Shown: positions 50,806-63,996 of the stretch, piece by piece
How the letters are laid out: each line of letters opens with the position of its first letter
Position numbering within the stretch: the stretch's first letter is position 1
NCBI RefSeq assembly: GCF_021869535.1
Contig: NW_026262582.1
Coordinates: forward strand, 53,010,001 to 53,074,000
Length of the DNA stretch: 64,000 nucleotides
Direction of reading: 5' to 3'
Source of the DNA: Mytilus californianus
Taxonomy: Eukaryota
Position numbers and translations under genes: made by a program
The notes under the pieces: generated by a model
What the model saw: the letters and a program-made list of their open reading frames with translations, nothing else
Database searches by the model: none
Told to the model about the DNA's origin: nothing

Positions 50806-52358
50806 GCAGTGGCTATTCGTCCAGCTAGCCGGAAGAATAGAAAATAATGTCTATGTCGGCCATCCGGAAGAATAGCTTATCTCTGCTATTATGCTATTAT
50901 TCCGGCCATTCATGACTTGGAATAATGAATATGCGTTGGGCAAGTGATTATTGTAGCATCCAATGGAGAATAAGGTGGCAAACAATGTCCTTCAATGCAA
51001 ACGTTGGAACTATAATGCATTTGTTGCACATTCTCCGCGCGCACGTTACTGATTATAAACTCAAGTTAAACATTATGGAAAATAGTAATAATGAAAAAAA
51101 AATAATAAAAGAATTATCATGGGAATAAACTCCTCAAGGACCAACTTTGATTGATTTTTCTACTGACTGTTCAATAAACACGCTGATTCCCCGTTAAGAT
51201 AAAAAGCTTGTCAAATGCCGAGACCAAAAGAAGAATATCAACATCGATTGATATGCAACAAATACACTTCTGAATTAAAGTCACTTTACTATTAATTGTA
51301 CAAAAAAGTTTCCATTCACTAAAACAAAGAAAAATGCAAATACATTTTCTTCATAGCGATTTATTTTTCATTTTAGAGCCTCCTCGTGGGGTTTTTGATT
51401 ATGTGATTACTTGGCCGTTTTAATATTGATTATTTGATTACCAGACCAAGTATTTCATGATTATTTGATTATTTGATCATCTTGTTTGAAAAAATAATTA
51501 ATGATTATGTGATTATATTGGCAAATCATTTGTGATTATGTGATTACTTGGACACCCCCATGGGGGGCCTCATTTTAAGGGGAAAAGGGGGCAACAATGC
51601 CTCTCCTCTTTTAATATTCTACTAATGAATTTCCTGCAAGGTTAGGAGTCCACTGATTTATGATTTCAATTGGCATGTATGATTCCTAGAGAAGATCCTG
51701 AATATATCATTTTCCTTGAAGTTTGAAGAAATAAGAGAAAGGGGTAGGCACATGTTAAATTGTCCCAAAAGAAAGTTTTTGATGTTTATGATAGTAAAAA
51801 ATGTTTATTGAGAAAAGAAATAAAACATAATGAATAAAAAGGGGGATTAAACCCAAACCCAGGTATACTATTCCCAGTCCAGGCATATCGTAGAATGTTC
51901 ATATATCTCCGTTGTAGTAGAACTTAGAAATAATGCATCCAAGTATTTAGTCGTTTTCCTGTGAATTGTTTTTATTCGTATTGCCTCCATTGATACAGGT
52001 AAAGGTACTGACGGAAGTAAACCAGCAATTTCAGAAAATATGTTTGATTTCACGCTATATTCCTCTCAGTTTACGTGCACACGCTATTGTTCTGGAGTCT
52101 GCCATATAGAAGTTTGTTTCTAAAGCAATCACATTCTCTCTAACTTTCTTTAGGACATCATAAGATATACTATGATATATGCCGATCATCATATTCTTAA
52201 AACGTCCATTGCATACGCGCGTTTGCAATCCGACACCTCATCCGGGTCAATTTCCGCATCACATGACGCTGTTGACTATTTACGTATGCTCAAACGGATG
52301 GCCGGGCAAATAGAGATTTTTAACTATTCTTCCGGCTAGCCGGACAAATAGACACTCC
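50806..52358. mobile_element. Non-autonomous TIR element, Mutator-like
   Basis: 35-bp TIRs (31/35 matches) GCAGTGGCTATTCGTCCAGCTAGCCGGAAGAATAG, G...C termini, and an imperfect ~11-bp flanking duplication TTTTTTTCTAG / GTTTTTTCTAC. Confidence 0.7.
51376..51571. mobile_element. 196-bp MITE with (GATTA)-rich interior nested in the Mutator-like element
   Basis: Imperfect 16-bp TIRs GAGCCTCCTCGTGGGG / CCCCATGGGGGGCCTC and a 6-bp TSD ATTTTA on both sides. Confidence 0.75.
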
Positions 52359-53629
52359 GTTTTTTCTACGTTTTACTCATTTGTATAGGTTATGTGACTT
52401 AATTTATTCTGATAGACTTATGGGGTCAAACCGTGATCTGCTAGTTTTTACATAGAATGATTGGTTCCATTCTTAAACCAGATATCTAAATCTTCTTTGG
52501 CTATTATTGTTTTTAAACAAAAGCATCAAAGATACCAGGCTTATAATTTTGTACACCAGATGCTTGGTTTTGATTTTTGATGAAAATAATGTTAATAATA
52601 TGGAAAGAGATTGCATGGAATATAACATTATTTGTCGGTACACTTATGTAACTTTGATGTATGATGATTAAGCATGTTATGTTCATGATGTAAATGCAAT
52701 ATCGTGATTTAATTCTACCCATAATCTTTAACTATTTATGTAATACTACCATTATTATTTTGTAAGTCTAGATACAGACAGATACACATGATACATATGA
52801 GAGTTAAAATAGCAGGGATAATTTAAGCTGTAAACGGAGTCACACAAGGTCATTTCATTAGATACACCCATGAATGATGGCGTAAGCCCGATTGGTTGTG
52901 TCGTATTTTTACCCTGATATTATATTTGATGCAAACGACAGATTTCAATAATTTAGGAGAAGTCTTTCATCAATGTAATCTTATGTTAAGGACAAACTTG
53001 ATAAATGCAGGATATCCAATTGCATTTAATAACATATTGGTATATCGATAAACTGAATTTCCAACATCTTTAATAGAAAAGTATCGTAAGTTATTCGCAA
53101 TAGCAGGAAAATATATGCACACTGATTAAATGTATTCAATATAATTTGTCTACGCGTAAAACATTACAGTCTGGCAAATTGTTGTTAAAAGACGTATGTT
53201 TCAAATAACAAAGTCATAGAATAAATTTCTCTACATTTTTCAGAAAGTATTGTACAAAAAAGAAAAAAAAGAAGATATCAACATGATGGGAAAAGGGCAA
53301 TACAAAGAGACTTGCAATTAAACAGTTATAATAAAGCATACAGATAAATTATGAAAAAAAACAAGTTGAAAAGAAGTACACATCAACAGAAAGACTTTTA
53401 GACAATGCATTTGTACAAATAATCAGAAACACAATCATGAAGATGTATTTAATTTTTTTTAGCTTTTCAGACTATTGGCTCTGACTATTTCAGATACTGT
53501 TAATAACAAAAAACTACTTTTCGCGCAGAAAAGGAAAACAGTTTATTTAGTTTCAGAAAAGACTTCACTTATTCATCAAAATTCCTCCATTTTCAATTAG
53601 TTATATAAAAGATCTTTTGGTTCTATTGC

Positions 53630-54088
53630 TGTAACGAACTGCGACTTTCCCGATTTCACTACGTCTTTATTACGCTTCTACTACGATATTGATATGATTA
53701 TACTACGACGAGGAAGACAATAGTACGCTGCTACTACGCGCTTGTCGTCCTTAGTACGACCTAACTACGATACTACTACGTCCTAGCCACGATAATTACA
53801 CGACATCGTTCAGTTGATATAAAAAACGGATGCAATAACTTCTATCTGTAGTTCAAACATGGACACACATGAGCTAAACTCACTTCTGCAATCTTTAATT
53901 CGGCTGCACGGTATCGATTTGGCTGATCAAGCTACACTTTAAGTTAGCACTACGAATGTTTTGAGAATGTTCAAAGTTGGTCGTGGACCTTCACGATCAC
54001 AAAGACCACGATCTTACTACGACTTCCAATATTTTTCATAAGTTCTAAGGTCGTAGCAGGATCGTGGTCCTAGTGTGATGGGGGTATT
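53630..54088. repeat. CTACG/CACGA-rich interspersed repeat, probably one end of a non-autonomous DNA transposon
   Basis: Dense (CTA)CTACG and CCACGATC motifs ending in GTGGTCCTAGTGTGATGGGGGTATTA. Only one terminus is visible. Confidence 0.4.
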
Positions 54089-54697
54089 AGAAACAAGAGG
54101 ATAAGATATAAAAAAAACATGCGTTCAGTGGTATTGAAGACGTTATCTTGGAAAATCTCTAAGAAATAAAAAAAAATCAACAACAACAACTGGTTGGTAT
54201 TCATAAAAGAAAAATTGAAATGAAAGTGACTTAAGACAAGAAGTTTGTACTTGAAGTTGTTTTACACATTCCCCATTTCCAATCGTAATTTTACTACATC
54301 ATGAATTGGGCTCGAAAATCTCACTAATATTTATGATAATAATATCAGATTTACTATCATCAGCATGTGCCATCCTTTAAAGATCTCAATCATTATCGAA
54401 TAATAATCGACACTCCAAAAGACGTATCAATACATTTGTATTGTGTTATTGGCTTGATACGTATATAAATATATAAACATGATCAAATACCAATTAGTAA
54501 ATTTCGTGATATTTTCAAGGAGTGTGACACAATCTCGTTTTTCAGAACACTCTATGAATGTACGCGTATAACTACAGTTTTTTGTCACAATATGTTGTTC
54601 CCCACAGATCGATTAACCTGAAGATCATAAACGGCATTTTCTGAAAATTGAACATATAAACAGAGGTATTGATTTTATTAACTTATCTAGTATATCT

Positions 54698-55817
54698 GTA
54701 GGACTCAAATCTATGGTGGGTTCCAGATCTATTGCAGATTCCTAATCTATGGTAAATATGACGTCATGCCATCCCCAAACTATGGCAGATATTTTAGAAT
54801 CTTAATCTATGGCAACTTTGTTAGTTTCCTAATCTATGGCGCGTTTCTAGTTTTCAAATCTATGACAAATTTTCTGCAAAGGTCGGACTAGTCAGTACAT
54901 ATCTGACCAATGATTTCGATGTCGAAATGTCCAAAGGTAGTGACAGAGCTGCTTTTAATTAAAAACCAGTATGAGAAAAACGGATTAGGATTATTACTAG
55001 GAAGCATATCCATAACTGTTTGTAAACTGAACACATACTTTAGGGTTGAAATCATGTGCCCCGGAAGAATAATTATTTCCAACTCTGTGCATGGTATCTG
55101 TTTGACCCTTCATTTAACCAAGTCCCTTAACAATACAAAAAGCAGTTTGAATTTTTAACTAATGTCGATTTGAGCGCTAAATAATGTAAATCTGTTTTGA
55201 CTGATGACGATTTAAGTCCTGTAATGAACAAACACGTGACTTTCTAAAAAGAAATCCTTTTTTCTCCAACAGTACAGTTATTCGACATATTTATAGCGGA
55301 AAATAATATTAATATCGATTAGAAATATATGACATAATCATTATTGCCAAATCTCAAGAAAGATTATCTGCTACAATAGTACAGGTAATCACTGTTATAT
55401 AGCTGGCAAAATACTTTACGTTTTGTTACTTCTAGCAGAAAATTACAGAGATCATAGGGATACAAAAAATAACAAACAGCAAAAAGCAAACCAAAATGCA
55501 CAATAAAAGCTCGTACAATTAAGGGTGAGGGCAACACCAGCAACGCGAGAATAAGAAAACAAGGGTAGAAACAAACACACTTTATTTATTGATTAGGATC
55601 CTTGCAAACTTGCTTTTCTATCTTTTTCTTTTCCTTCTGTATAACAAAACCGTCGTTGTCAGCGACAGCTTCGACGTTACATGACGTTATTTAAGAAAAC
55701 AAAAAACTGCCATAGATTTGTGATTTGTTTGGCGTTTGTGACATCATATTTACCATAGATTAGGAATTTTCAGGAATTTGCCATAGATCTGGAACCCACC
55801 ATAGATTTGAGTCCTAC
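54698..55817. mobile_element. 1.12-kb non-autonomous DNA transposon with perfect 35-bp TIRs and subterminal ATCTATGG repeats
   Basis: GTAGGACTCAAATCTATGGTGGGTTCCAGATCTAT and its exact reverse complement at 55783-55817. About 7 ATCTATGG-like motifs on the left and 4 CCATAGAT on the right. The TSD is ambiguous (TA or an imperfect 6-mer). Confidence 0.88.
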
Positions 55818-55846
55818 GTATCTCATGACTCTTCAATTCAAAACTT

Positions 55847-57627
55847 TATACTTCCCTATTTTGATAACAAAGAACCACCTATTGTTTCGTATACATACAA
55901 CAAAACCAGCTGAAGTTTAATTTTTATTCATACGTCAGTAACATCAGTCGTCAGTGCCGCGAAAATAATACTTCTCTAACTTGGTTCTGTGAATCGTCGA
56001 ATTTTAGATATAATCTCTGTGGCTGTAGTAATACGGGGAACCTCCATATCGTTCAAGACCGAGAGGTTTAAAACTTATTGAAAACATGATAAAAATGTCG
56101 TCCTCCATCTAAAATAGATTGGAAACAGTGTCGCCAGGTCATAAAAGACGTCGTATTGTAAAAATTGGTGTACACGGGAAAATCTGATAAAAAATCTCTT
56201 GATTCTTATTTAGATAAATGTATGAATGTTGTGGATATTCGAATACCACATTTGGAAAATAATTTAGAAATAAATAAAACAGAACATAATACGCCTTTTT
56301 TTAGAATCAGAAACAAACTTTGAATACTCGCAAAGCGGTTTGTGTTTGTACCGGCCGACAAAGCAGCCAACAATGTGATGGGTGTTAATACGTAAATACT
56401 ACACGGAAGTTCTTAAGAATGAAATCATAAATTCTTCTACATTCAGATCAGTGCGCTCAACAGAGAGTCATATATTAAACAATCATATCGTAAGCACACC
56501 ACATCTTAAGGCCTCTTCTGAAATTTTAATTTCCCAATTATGTATTGGTTACCTAAATTACACAAAAAACCCGTAAAATATCGTTTCATCTCGGCCTTTA
56601 GTAAGTGTTCTACATCTAATCTTTCATTGATTTTAACTAGTCCTTTAACTTCTATCGAAGAACTTGTTATTAACTGTTGTAATAAAACATGAAAATAGGT
56701 GAATTAATTATTTCTGGAGTGTAAAAAATTCTTTGGATGTTTTCGATAAATTACGTGCTTTTGATGGTCCTATTTATTCTGCTGACAAATTTGACTTTTC
56801 AACTCCTTACACTACACTTCCACACAATCTTATCAAACAAAAGTTTTCTTGTTTAACTAAATGGTCGTTTGACAAATCTAATTGCTGCAACTCATTTAAA
56901 GCCTTCTTCTCTAATGAGACAGGTAAATCTGCTAGATATACATACTGGAGGTATGATGAGATGATTGAAGCTGTTAATTTTCTCCTTGACAACATTTGTG
57001 TACGTTTCGGCAATAAAGTATATAGAATTTTCTAAATATTCTGCCGTAATTTAACCAAAGAACTTACTTTAAATAAATCAAATATAAACGATAATAACGG
57101 TCTTTTCCTAGATTTAAATAGTTCAGTTCTACACGGAAAACTCTACACAAAAATCTACGACAAAAGGGACGATTTTTCTTTCCCTATCGTTATTTTTCTT
57201 CTTTTTCTTTTGGATGGTGATGTTCCTTTTGCACCATCTTACTGTATTTATATATCACAACTCGTTCACTATGCCCGTGTCTCTAGTGACGTTTTTTATT
57301 TCAAAGAACGTAATCTAGCTATGTATTACTGATTTTGTTACCACATATTACTTACAACCTTTACTAAATTTTCCATAGATACAAAGATTTGATTTGCAAG
57401 TTTGGCTGTAGCACATCTTATTTTTTACGGAGATGTTGCTAACCGACCCCGGAAATTTAGATACGATCCGGGTAGACTTATCGATCCTTTAAATAAACTT
57501 ATTCTAAAAGGTTACTAATCCAACACTGTAATTAGATCTTTGAATACTGTTTATATTGGTATGAATATTGATTTTGTTATTTGTAAATTAAAACCAAACT
57601 TATATTATTGTTATATACATATACATA
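55847..57627 (+). pseudogene. Second PLE-A copy, ORF region (decayed; GIPMG-YLDD segment deleted)
   Basis: Collinear with 39271-41275. At ~57022 the sequence jumps from GNKVYR to EFSKY, removing the catalytic motifs. Confidence 0.9.
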
Positions 57628-58835
57628 TGAACATTATCAAGATGCTTGATTCTTGATTGACAACATATTTGTTATGTTTGGAGGACGTGTTTTTCGACAG
57701 ACTGTCGGAATTCCAATGGGAACCAATTGTGCCCCTCTTCTTGCCGACTTGTTTCTTTATTATTATGAGGCTGACTTCATACAGGAACTTCTTAGGAAGA
57801 GAGATAAGAAGTTAGCAATATCCTTTACCTCTACGTTCCACTATATAGATGATGTTCTCTCACTAAATAATACAAAATTTGGTGACTATGTTGAACGAAT
57901 CTATCCCATCGAACTAGAGATAAAGGATACTACAGATACAGTTAAGTCTGCCTCACATCTTGACTTACATCTAGAAATTGACAATGAGGGTCGGTTGAAA
58001 ACAAAACTTTACGACAAAAGAGATTATTTCAGCTTCCCAATTGTGAACTTTCCATTTCTATGTAGCAACATTCCAGCAGCGCCTGCATACGGAGTATATA
58101 TCTCCCAATTGATACGATATTCCCGGGCTTGTATTTCCTATCATGATTTCCTTGATAGAGGATTGCTGCTCACAAGGAAGCTATTAAACCAAGAGTTCCA
58201 AATGGTGAAGTTGAAATCATCCCTTCGTAAATTTTACGGACGCCATCACGAGTTGGTTGACCGTTATGGAATAACCGTTTCACAGATGATATCGGATATG
58301 TTCCTTATGTCGTAACTACAATACCCTTCCCTTTTCGCGAATGTGACCTACCGAATTAGACTATTTACCGGATTTATAATAACATAAGCAACACGACGGG
58401 TGCCACATGTGGAGCAGGATCTGCTTACCCTTCCGGAGCACCTGAGATCACCCCAGTTTTTGGTGGGGTTCGTGTTGCTTAGTCGTTAGTTTTCTATTGT
58501 GTGTTATCTGTACTATTATTTGTCTGTTTATAGATATAAGAAGATGTGGTATGAGTGCCAATGAGACAACTCTCCATCCAAGTCAAAATTTATAAAAGTA
58601 AACCATTATAGGTCAAAGTACGGTCTTCAACACGGAGCCTTGGCTCACACCGAACAGTAAGCTATAAAGGGCCCCAAAAAAATACTAGTGTAAAACCATT
58701 CAAACGGGAAACCCAACGGTCTAATCTATATAAAAAACGATTTGTTTGACTTTTTGTTTTTTGCCATGGCTTTGTCAGTTTGTTTTCGATCTATGAGTTT
58801 GACTGTCCGTCTGGTATCTTTCGTCCCTCTTTCAC
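57628..58835 (+). mobile_element. PLE-B: 5'-truncated Penelope-like element inserted in the PLE-A 3' UTR
   Basis: ORF 57653-58315 (RQTVGIPMGTNCAPLLADLFLY, HYIDDV, YGVYISQLIRYSRAC) followed by the CCGGAGCACC 3' module. PLE-A homology resumes at ~58836. Confidence 0.9.
58531..58740 (-). mobile_element. Short shared-3'-terminus repeat inserted into the PLE-B 3' UTR
   Basis: Near-identical to 23250-23455. It interrupts the PLE-B T-rich tract. Confidence 0.85.
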
Positions 58836-58921
58836 GGTTCTACAATCTGTCGATACCTGTATTTTGCATTGCACAAGATCATGTTTTTCTCAGAATGTTA
58901 ATGAAGTCTTTACACTAATCC

Positions 58922-61267
58922 TTAAGTTTAAACATATTTATTCGTCATCATTACAAATATATCATCATACAAAATACATAATTATAATAGGATTCGGAAA
59001 CAAGCTGTACATAGCTTATATTAATCCGTTTCCTTGAAATACCAACTCCAATTAACGATTACATAAATATAGCATGTAATGTTACAATGATATGGAACAA
59101 GAATAAATAAGTATAACAAAAAACAGAAAGGGGGAAAAATTATAATTTGAAAATAATGAAATTACAACAAAAAAAGAAAAATAGAATAAAAAAATATATA
59201 AAAAAATAAGAAAAAATAAAAAAATAAAATACACTTAAATACTACACACATGTCCAGATGAAAAGCAACTTTGTCAAAAATAGTGAATAATAATTTAACT
59301 GGTAAATCTCTTGCACTTTAGTAAGAATTTTTGTACTTTTTCAAAAATATCTTTTTTTTGGTCTAAAGTTAGAGCTTGTGATCCAAATAAAAGTAAATTT
59401 GTGTTTAGTGTGACTGGATAATTAATTGAGAAAAAAATGCAATAAAAAATGAACTGAACTGTAGACTCTATTACACCACACGAGCAGTTTGAAGAATCTA
59501 CTAGATTTCGTTTGAACAAATGTTCATTTAAAGAACTACTATTCATCCTTAACCTAGCATGTAATACTTGACCCATTCTTGTACCAGTGTAGTAAAAATT
59601 TGGGCATTTATTATTTGGGTTTTTTATACGACTTTTAAAAATACTTAAAGACGTAGAATTTCTCGTTTGATCTAGTAACTTATTCCACAATTTAATAGAC
59701 GAAGGAAGGAAATAATCGGAGTAGAGATTAGTTCTTGTACGTATTTCCGAATTGAGTATTTTGAGTCTGACGAGTGAAATGGTTATGTAATTAAACTATT
59801 TGATTTGGTACCAAGTTTTGTAAATAATCTGGAGTTTCCTTATTTACCATTTTATAAAACATAGTGAGCTTGTGTTTTTCCCTTCTTTCTTAAAGTGCTC
59901 CCAACCTGTTTCCTCATAAAGCATCTGTATCGAAGTTAATTTATTCCCACCCGTTACAATTCTCATAGCTTCAATTTGAACATTTTCCACTTTATTAATC
60001 AAGTATTGTGTTTGGTTATCCCAAATGACATCCCAGTACGCTAATATTGGTCGAAAATATGAAAAATACCTATTGAGTATAAAACGCATCTTCCTAAGGA
60101 TATTTATTCCATTGTATGCACGTTTAACTACATATTCAATATGATTATTCCATAACCCATTATTTGAAAAAATAATACCTCAGTGTTTATGAGTAGCAAC
60201 CTCTTGAAGATCAATGTCATTCATTTTTAAGATCGGATGACTAGGTTTTATTGATTCTCTTGAAATAATCATAGTTTCTGTTTTTTGTGAATTTAAGTTT
60301 ACAAGCCACTCAGAAGACCACATATGAATTTTATTAAGATCTCTATTAAGAATTTCAGCAGTATTCTCAGGGGTGTCTACTGTCAAATAAATACTTGTGT
60401 CGTCTGCAAATAATTTGATAGTAGCTTTAATATAAGTTACTATGTCGTTAATAAAGATTAGAAAAAGTAGCAGACCTAAAATTGAGCCCTGCGGGACACC
60501 TGCATTTATCTGTCTCCATGTTGAATTGCTCCCATTTAAGACCACCCGTTGACTCCTTTCAGATAGATAATCACAAAACCAATTTAGTAAATTTCCAGAA
60601 ATTCCATATTGTTTAAGTTTGGATAAAAGTCCTTTATGCCAAACCCGATCAAAAGCTTTGCTGATGTCACAAAAAAAAACCCTAATTTCTTTTCCGTTAT
60701 CTAAAGCTCTACCGAAGTTGTTAGAAATATCAATTAGTTGATTTATGGCAGAATCGCCTATGGTAAAACCTGATTGATTAGAGGTGATGGTCCTATTTTC
60801 AATTAGAAAGTTGTGTACATGTTTATAGACACATCGTTCATGCACTTTGATAAGATACTTAGCAACGAGATTGGTCTGTAATTTTGTACAGTTGTTACTC
60901 TTAAAAACTGGAGTTACATTTGCTTTTTTCCAATCTGCAGGAAATATAGCTTCAGATAAAGATAAATTAAATAGTTTACAAAGTGATAATTTTAGCTGTG
61001 AAGCAGCCTCTTTTAAAAATATTGGGTTTATCAATTCTGGACCTGAGGCCTTATTAGGATTTAAAATCTTTAGAACATCTTCGACCTCACTATCTCTAAG
61101 TGTAATGTCACTTAGTGTACAGTCTGGAACGGTTAAGTCAGGAATAATGGCTTCGGTGTCATCTATGTTTGTCTGCATGGCAAAAAAGTTATTAAATTCG
61201 TTTGCTTTAGCAATATCATTTAATGTCAAATTATCATCCTTAAGCAGGGGAGGAATACCCGAGTGAT
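58922..61267 (-). mobile_element. 5'-truncated CR1/L2-group LINE with short TSD
   Basis: ORF2 pieces 60180-61229 (FCDISKAFDRVWH, GVPQGSILG, KLFADDT), 59844-60089 and 59295-59690 (RLRM...CSCG knuckle). The 3' end is AATAAATATGTTTAAAC, and it is flanked by CTAATCC (58915-21) / CTAAATCC (61268-75). Confidence 0.93.
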
Positions 61268-61845
61268 CTAAATCCTTTAGATGTTGGATGTGTGTTCTGA
61301 TTGATATTTTAGTCTTAGATACATAACTTTTTTATTAGTTGGTATTGGCTTTGAACTAGCTGTCAGTAACTCTAAGATCTATACTAAGTGTTTTTTTGCT
61401 GTGGGAATGTATAAATACCCTGACACGTCCGGTCTGTGTTTTTGTTACTTGTTTTTTCTGATTTTTATAGTTTGTTCATATGTTGTGCTGTTACACCACT
61501 GTCCCAGGTTAGGGGAGGGTTGGGCGCCAACAAACATGTTTTACCCCGGCACATTCTGTATGCGCCTGTCCCAAGTCAAGAGCCTGTAAATCAGTAGTTG
61601 TCGTTTATTACTGTATGTCATATTTTTGTCGTTCAACGTTTTTTACATAAATCAGACCGTTAGTTTTCTCGTTTGAATTGTTTTACATTTGTCATTTCGG
61701 TGCCTTTGATAGCTGACTATGCGATATGGGTTTCAATCATTGTTGAAGGCCGTATGGTGACATATAGTTGTAAACTTCTATGTCATTTGGTCTCTGGGGG
61801 AGAGTTGACTCATTGGCAATCATACCACATCTTCTTATTTTTTAT
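61268..61845 (+). mobile_element. Remaining 3' UTR and terminus of the second PLE-A copy
   Basis: Collinear with 41364-41980 and ends GACTCATTGGCAATCATACCACATCTTCTT. Confidence 0.88.
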
Positions 61846-62289
61846 ATCTTAGCATTTATTGAGAAAACTGTTATTCTCATTTTATTGAGCTAAATGGTCC
61901 TCGTTAAAATGGAGTTTTTGAGGTAGGTGTTTCACTTTCAATTTTGTTGCATTGATGGAATATTTATGGATTTCAGCAAGTCAATATGCCGGCTAACTTC
62001 TCAGTTACGACATGTAAACTTGGTTTGAGTAAATTATTATCAATGTAAAAAGATGTTAATTAAACATTGCAAATGCTTGAGCGAAGAATTATATTGATTA
62101 AATACATGAGTCGTGCCGCTGACGGACAATTGTTTAGTTTGTGAATTGATCGCTAAGTTTAAATATCAATAATATCCAGAAAAAAAATGTGCTGAATAGT
62201 CTACTTTCATCATTTCTATTGGTATAAGGGATAATTGTAAACAAATAAACATTCAACATCAAATGCAAATGTTTTGTACTTGTGCTCGT

Positions 62290-62415
62290 CTTTAATTTTC
62301 AATGTTGTGTTTTGTATACTGTTGTTTGTCTTTTTTGTCGTTTTTTTGCCATGACATTGTCAGTTTGTTTTCGACATACGAGTTTAAATGTCCCTTTGGT
62401 ATATTTCGCCTATCC
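62290..62415 (+). mobile_element. Short 3' terminal remnant of PLE-B
   Basis: GCCATGACATTGTCAGTTTGTTTTCGA...TGTCCCTTTGGTATATTTCGCC matches 58760-58830. Confidence 0.65.
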
Positions 62416-62857
62416 CAGTGTATATTAAGTGCTAATCCAGTTAGTTCATTTTCACTGTTATATGCGAGTCTAGTGTAGAATAAAGGATGATGGGGAACAA
62501 TGCGTTTGTTTACTTTTTAAAAATACAAAATAAGTGATTTCAATGTATGTTTTAACACAATTTCATTAGAATATAACTTTTTAATGTATAATAACAGGAT
62601 TTAAGTCCAAAAAAGTGTAATTAAAGCAGCTGAATCCATCATATTGATTACTGAATGCGATTCATTTTAACTATAAATGCGATGTAAGTGCGATCATTTC
62701 TGATTTTGAATTTTTGAAATTGCGAAGAATTTTCATTGTTGTTTTATATGATAATTCGACATCGAACAACTGAAAACAGTCTTTTGATGACTTTAATATT
62801 GATGATTTTTAAAATTTGAAATACAAGCTAGTCGTAGATGCTTTCTTGAATATACAC

Positions 62858-63996
62858 GGGTATAACCAACGTATGGTTGATTCCGGACGTCGTGCGTTGT
62901 GTACCGTTCGTCGATTTTTTTTCTGTACGTTCGGTGCCTGTTTTCGGTATGGTTCTGTACCGTTCCTTAGTTAAATATCGAGAACATAATTTGCTATTTC
63001 TATTGAAATACCTATCTCATAATCTGTTATTTTTTGTTAGCAAGTAATTGCAACTACCGAATCTATTTGACATTTCTAACGTTTTCTATTGAAGATTCAA
63101 ACAACATGAATTTTGTATTTGTTTGACATGAAACAGAACTTACTAAACGAAGAGAATCCCACTCATCGCGCCTATTGCAATCAAGTTTCTAAAAAATCAA
63201 GTGTTTTGAACCTGAGGTCGAAGGTCAAGCTCACACGAAGGTCGGGGTGATATGTGTCACATCGTCTTAAGGTAATACGTTCATATCATGCATATCGAAA
63301 TGTTTTTGGTGAGTTTGCTATTAGTGTGTCATGGATCCGAAAATATACTGGAGTAGAACATCCATCAATATAACTTATTTTTATGGCGAATTTTCCTTGA
63401 AAAGTTTTAGTACTCGCGCTTGAAAAAACTTTGAAAATTTGTCACACCATTTCATACACATTTCTATCATATTGTTAGGCTTTCGCACAACGAAAAAAAC
63501 CAAAAATTTACAACGAACGATACTAAAGAAAGCAAACAAACTTCAAAGAGAATGAATCGTACAATGCCGAAATTTTGTGGACAGTTTTTCAATTAAATGT
63601 CTGCAAATAAAAGAAAACAACGGGTTTCTCATTCGCATTATGTATTTTAAACAACAACAAATCACAAAATACACGGTCGGTTTTACTGTAAGAGCCAATC
63701 AATTATGCTTTATTTGTAGTTTAATCATGTTTGAGTTACATAGAATGTTTGTTTCGCGCTGTTTACGAGTAATTCACAGACCTGTCTATTTAAAATAGTC
63801 ACAGGGTGTTCATGTAATACAAAAAATATACAATGCGGTCAGGAGCAAAAACTTTGTTTTCATAAACATTGAATACTTAACTGAACAGTACGTCAATTAG
63901 TCTTTGGTGAAAATATTAGGACGGTCTATCTACCAACCTCGCTTCGCGATGCAGCGATTAACGTCCGGAATCAACTGTACGGCGGTTATATACCCC
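62858..63996. mobile_element. ~1.14-kb element bounded by imperfect ~33-bp TIRs
   Basis: GGGTATAACCAACGTATGGTTGATTCCGGACGT (62858-90) versus ACGTCCGGAATCAACTGTACGGCGGTTATATACCC (63961-95). The TSD cannot be assessed at the window edge. Confidence 0.65.

Noticed and set aside
55911-55913. Second possible Sec codon in PLE-A copy 2
   Set aside because: It lies at an indel relative to copy 1, in a frameshifted stretch, and not at an evident Cys position.
58316-58530. SECIS in the PLE-B 3' UTR
   Set aside because: GUGAC at ~58344 is not followed by AA at the right spacing or by a matching GA quartet, and there is no in-frame TGA in the visible PLE-B ORF.
1725-63798. Remaining 60-140-aa ORFs in the supplied track
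   Set aside because: They are low-complexity F/I/L/K-rich frames expected in AT-rich DNA, or antisense and alternate frames of the transposon ORFs (for example 17005, 18101, 33750, 34215, 35092, 35751, 60847).
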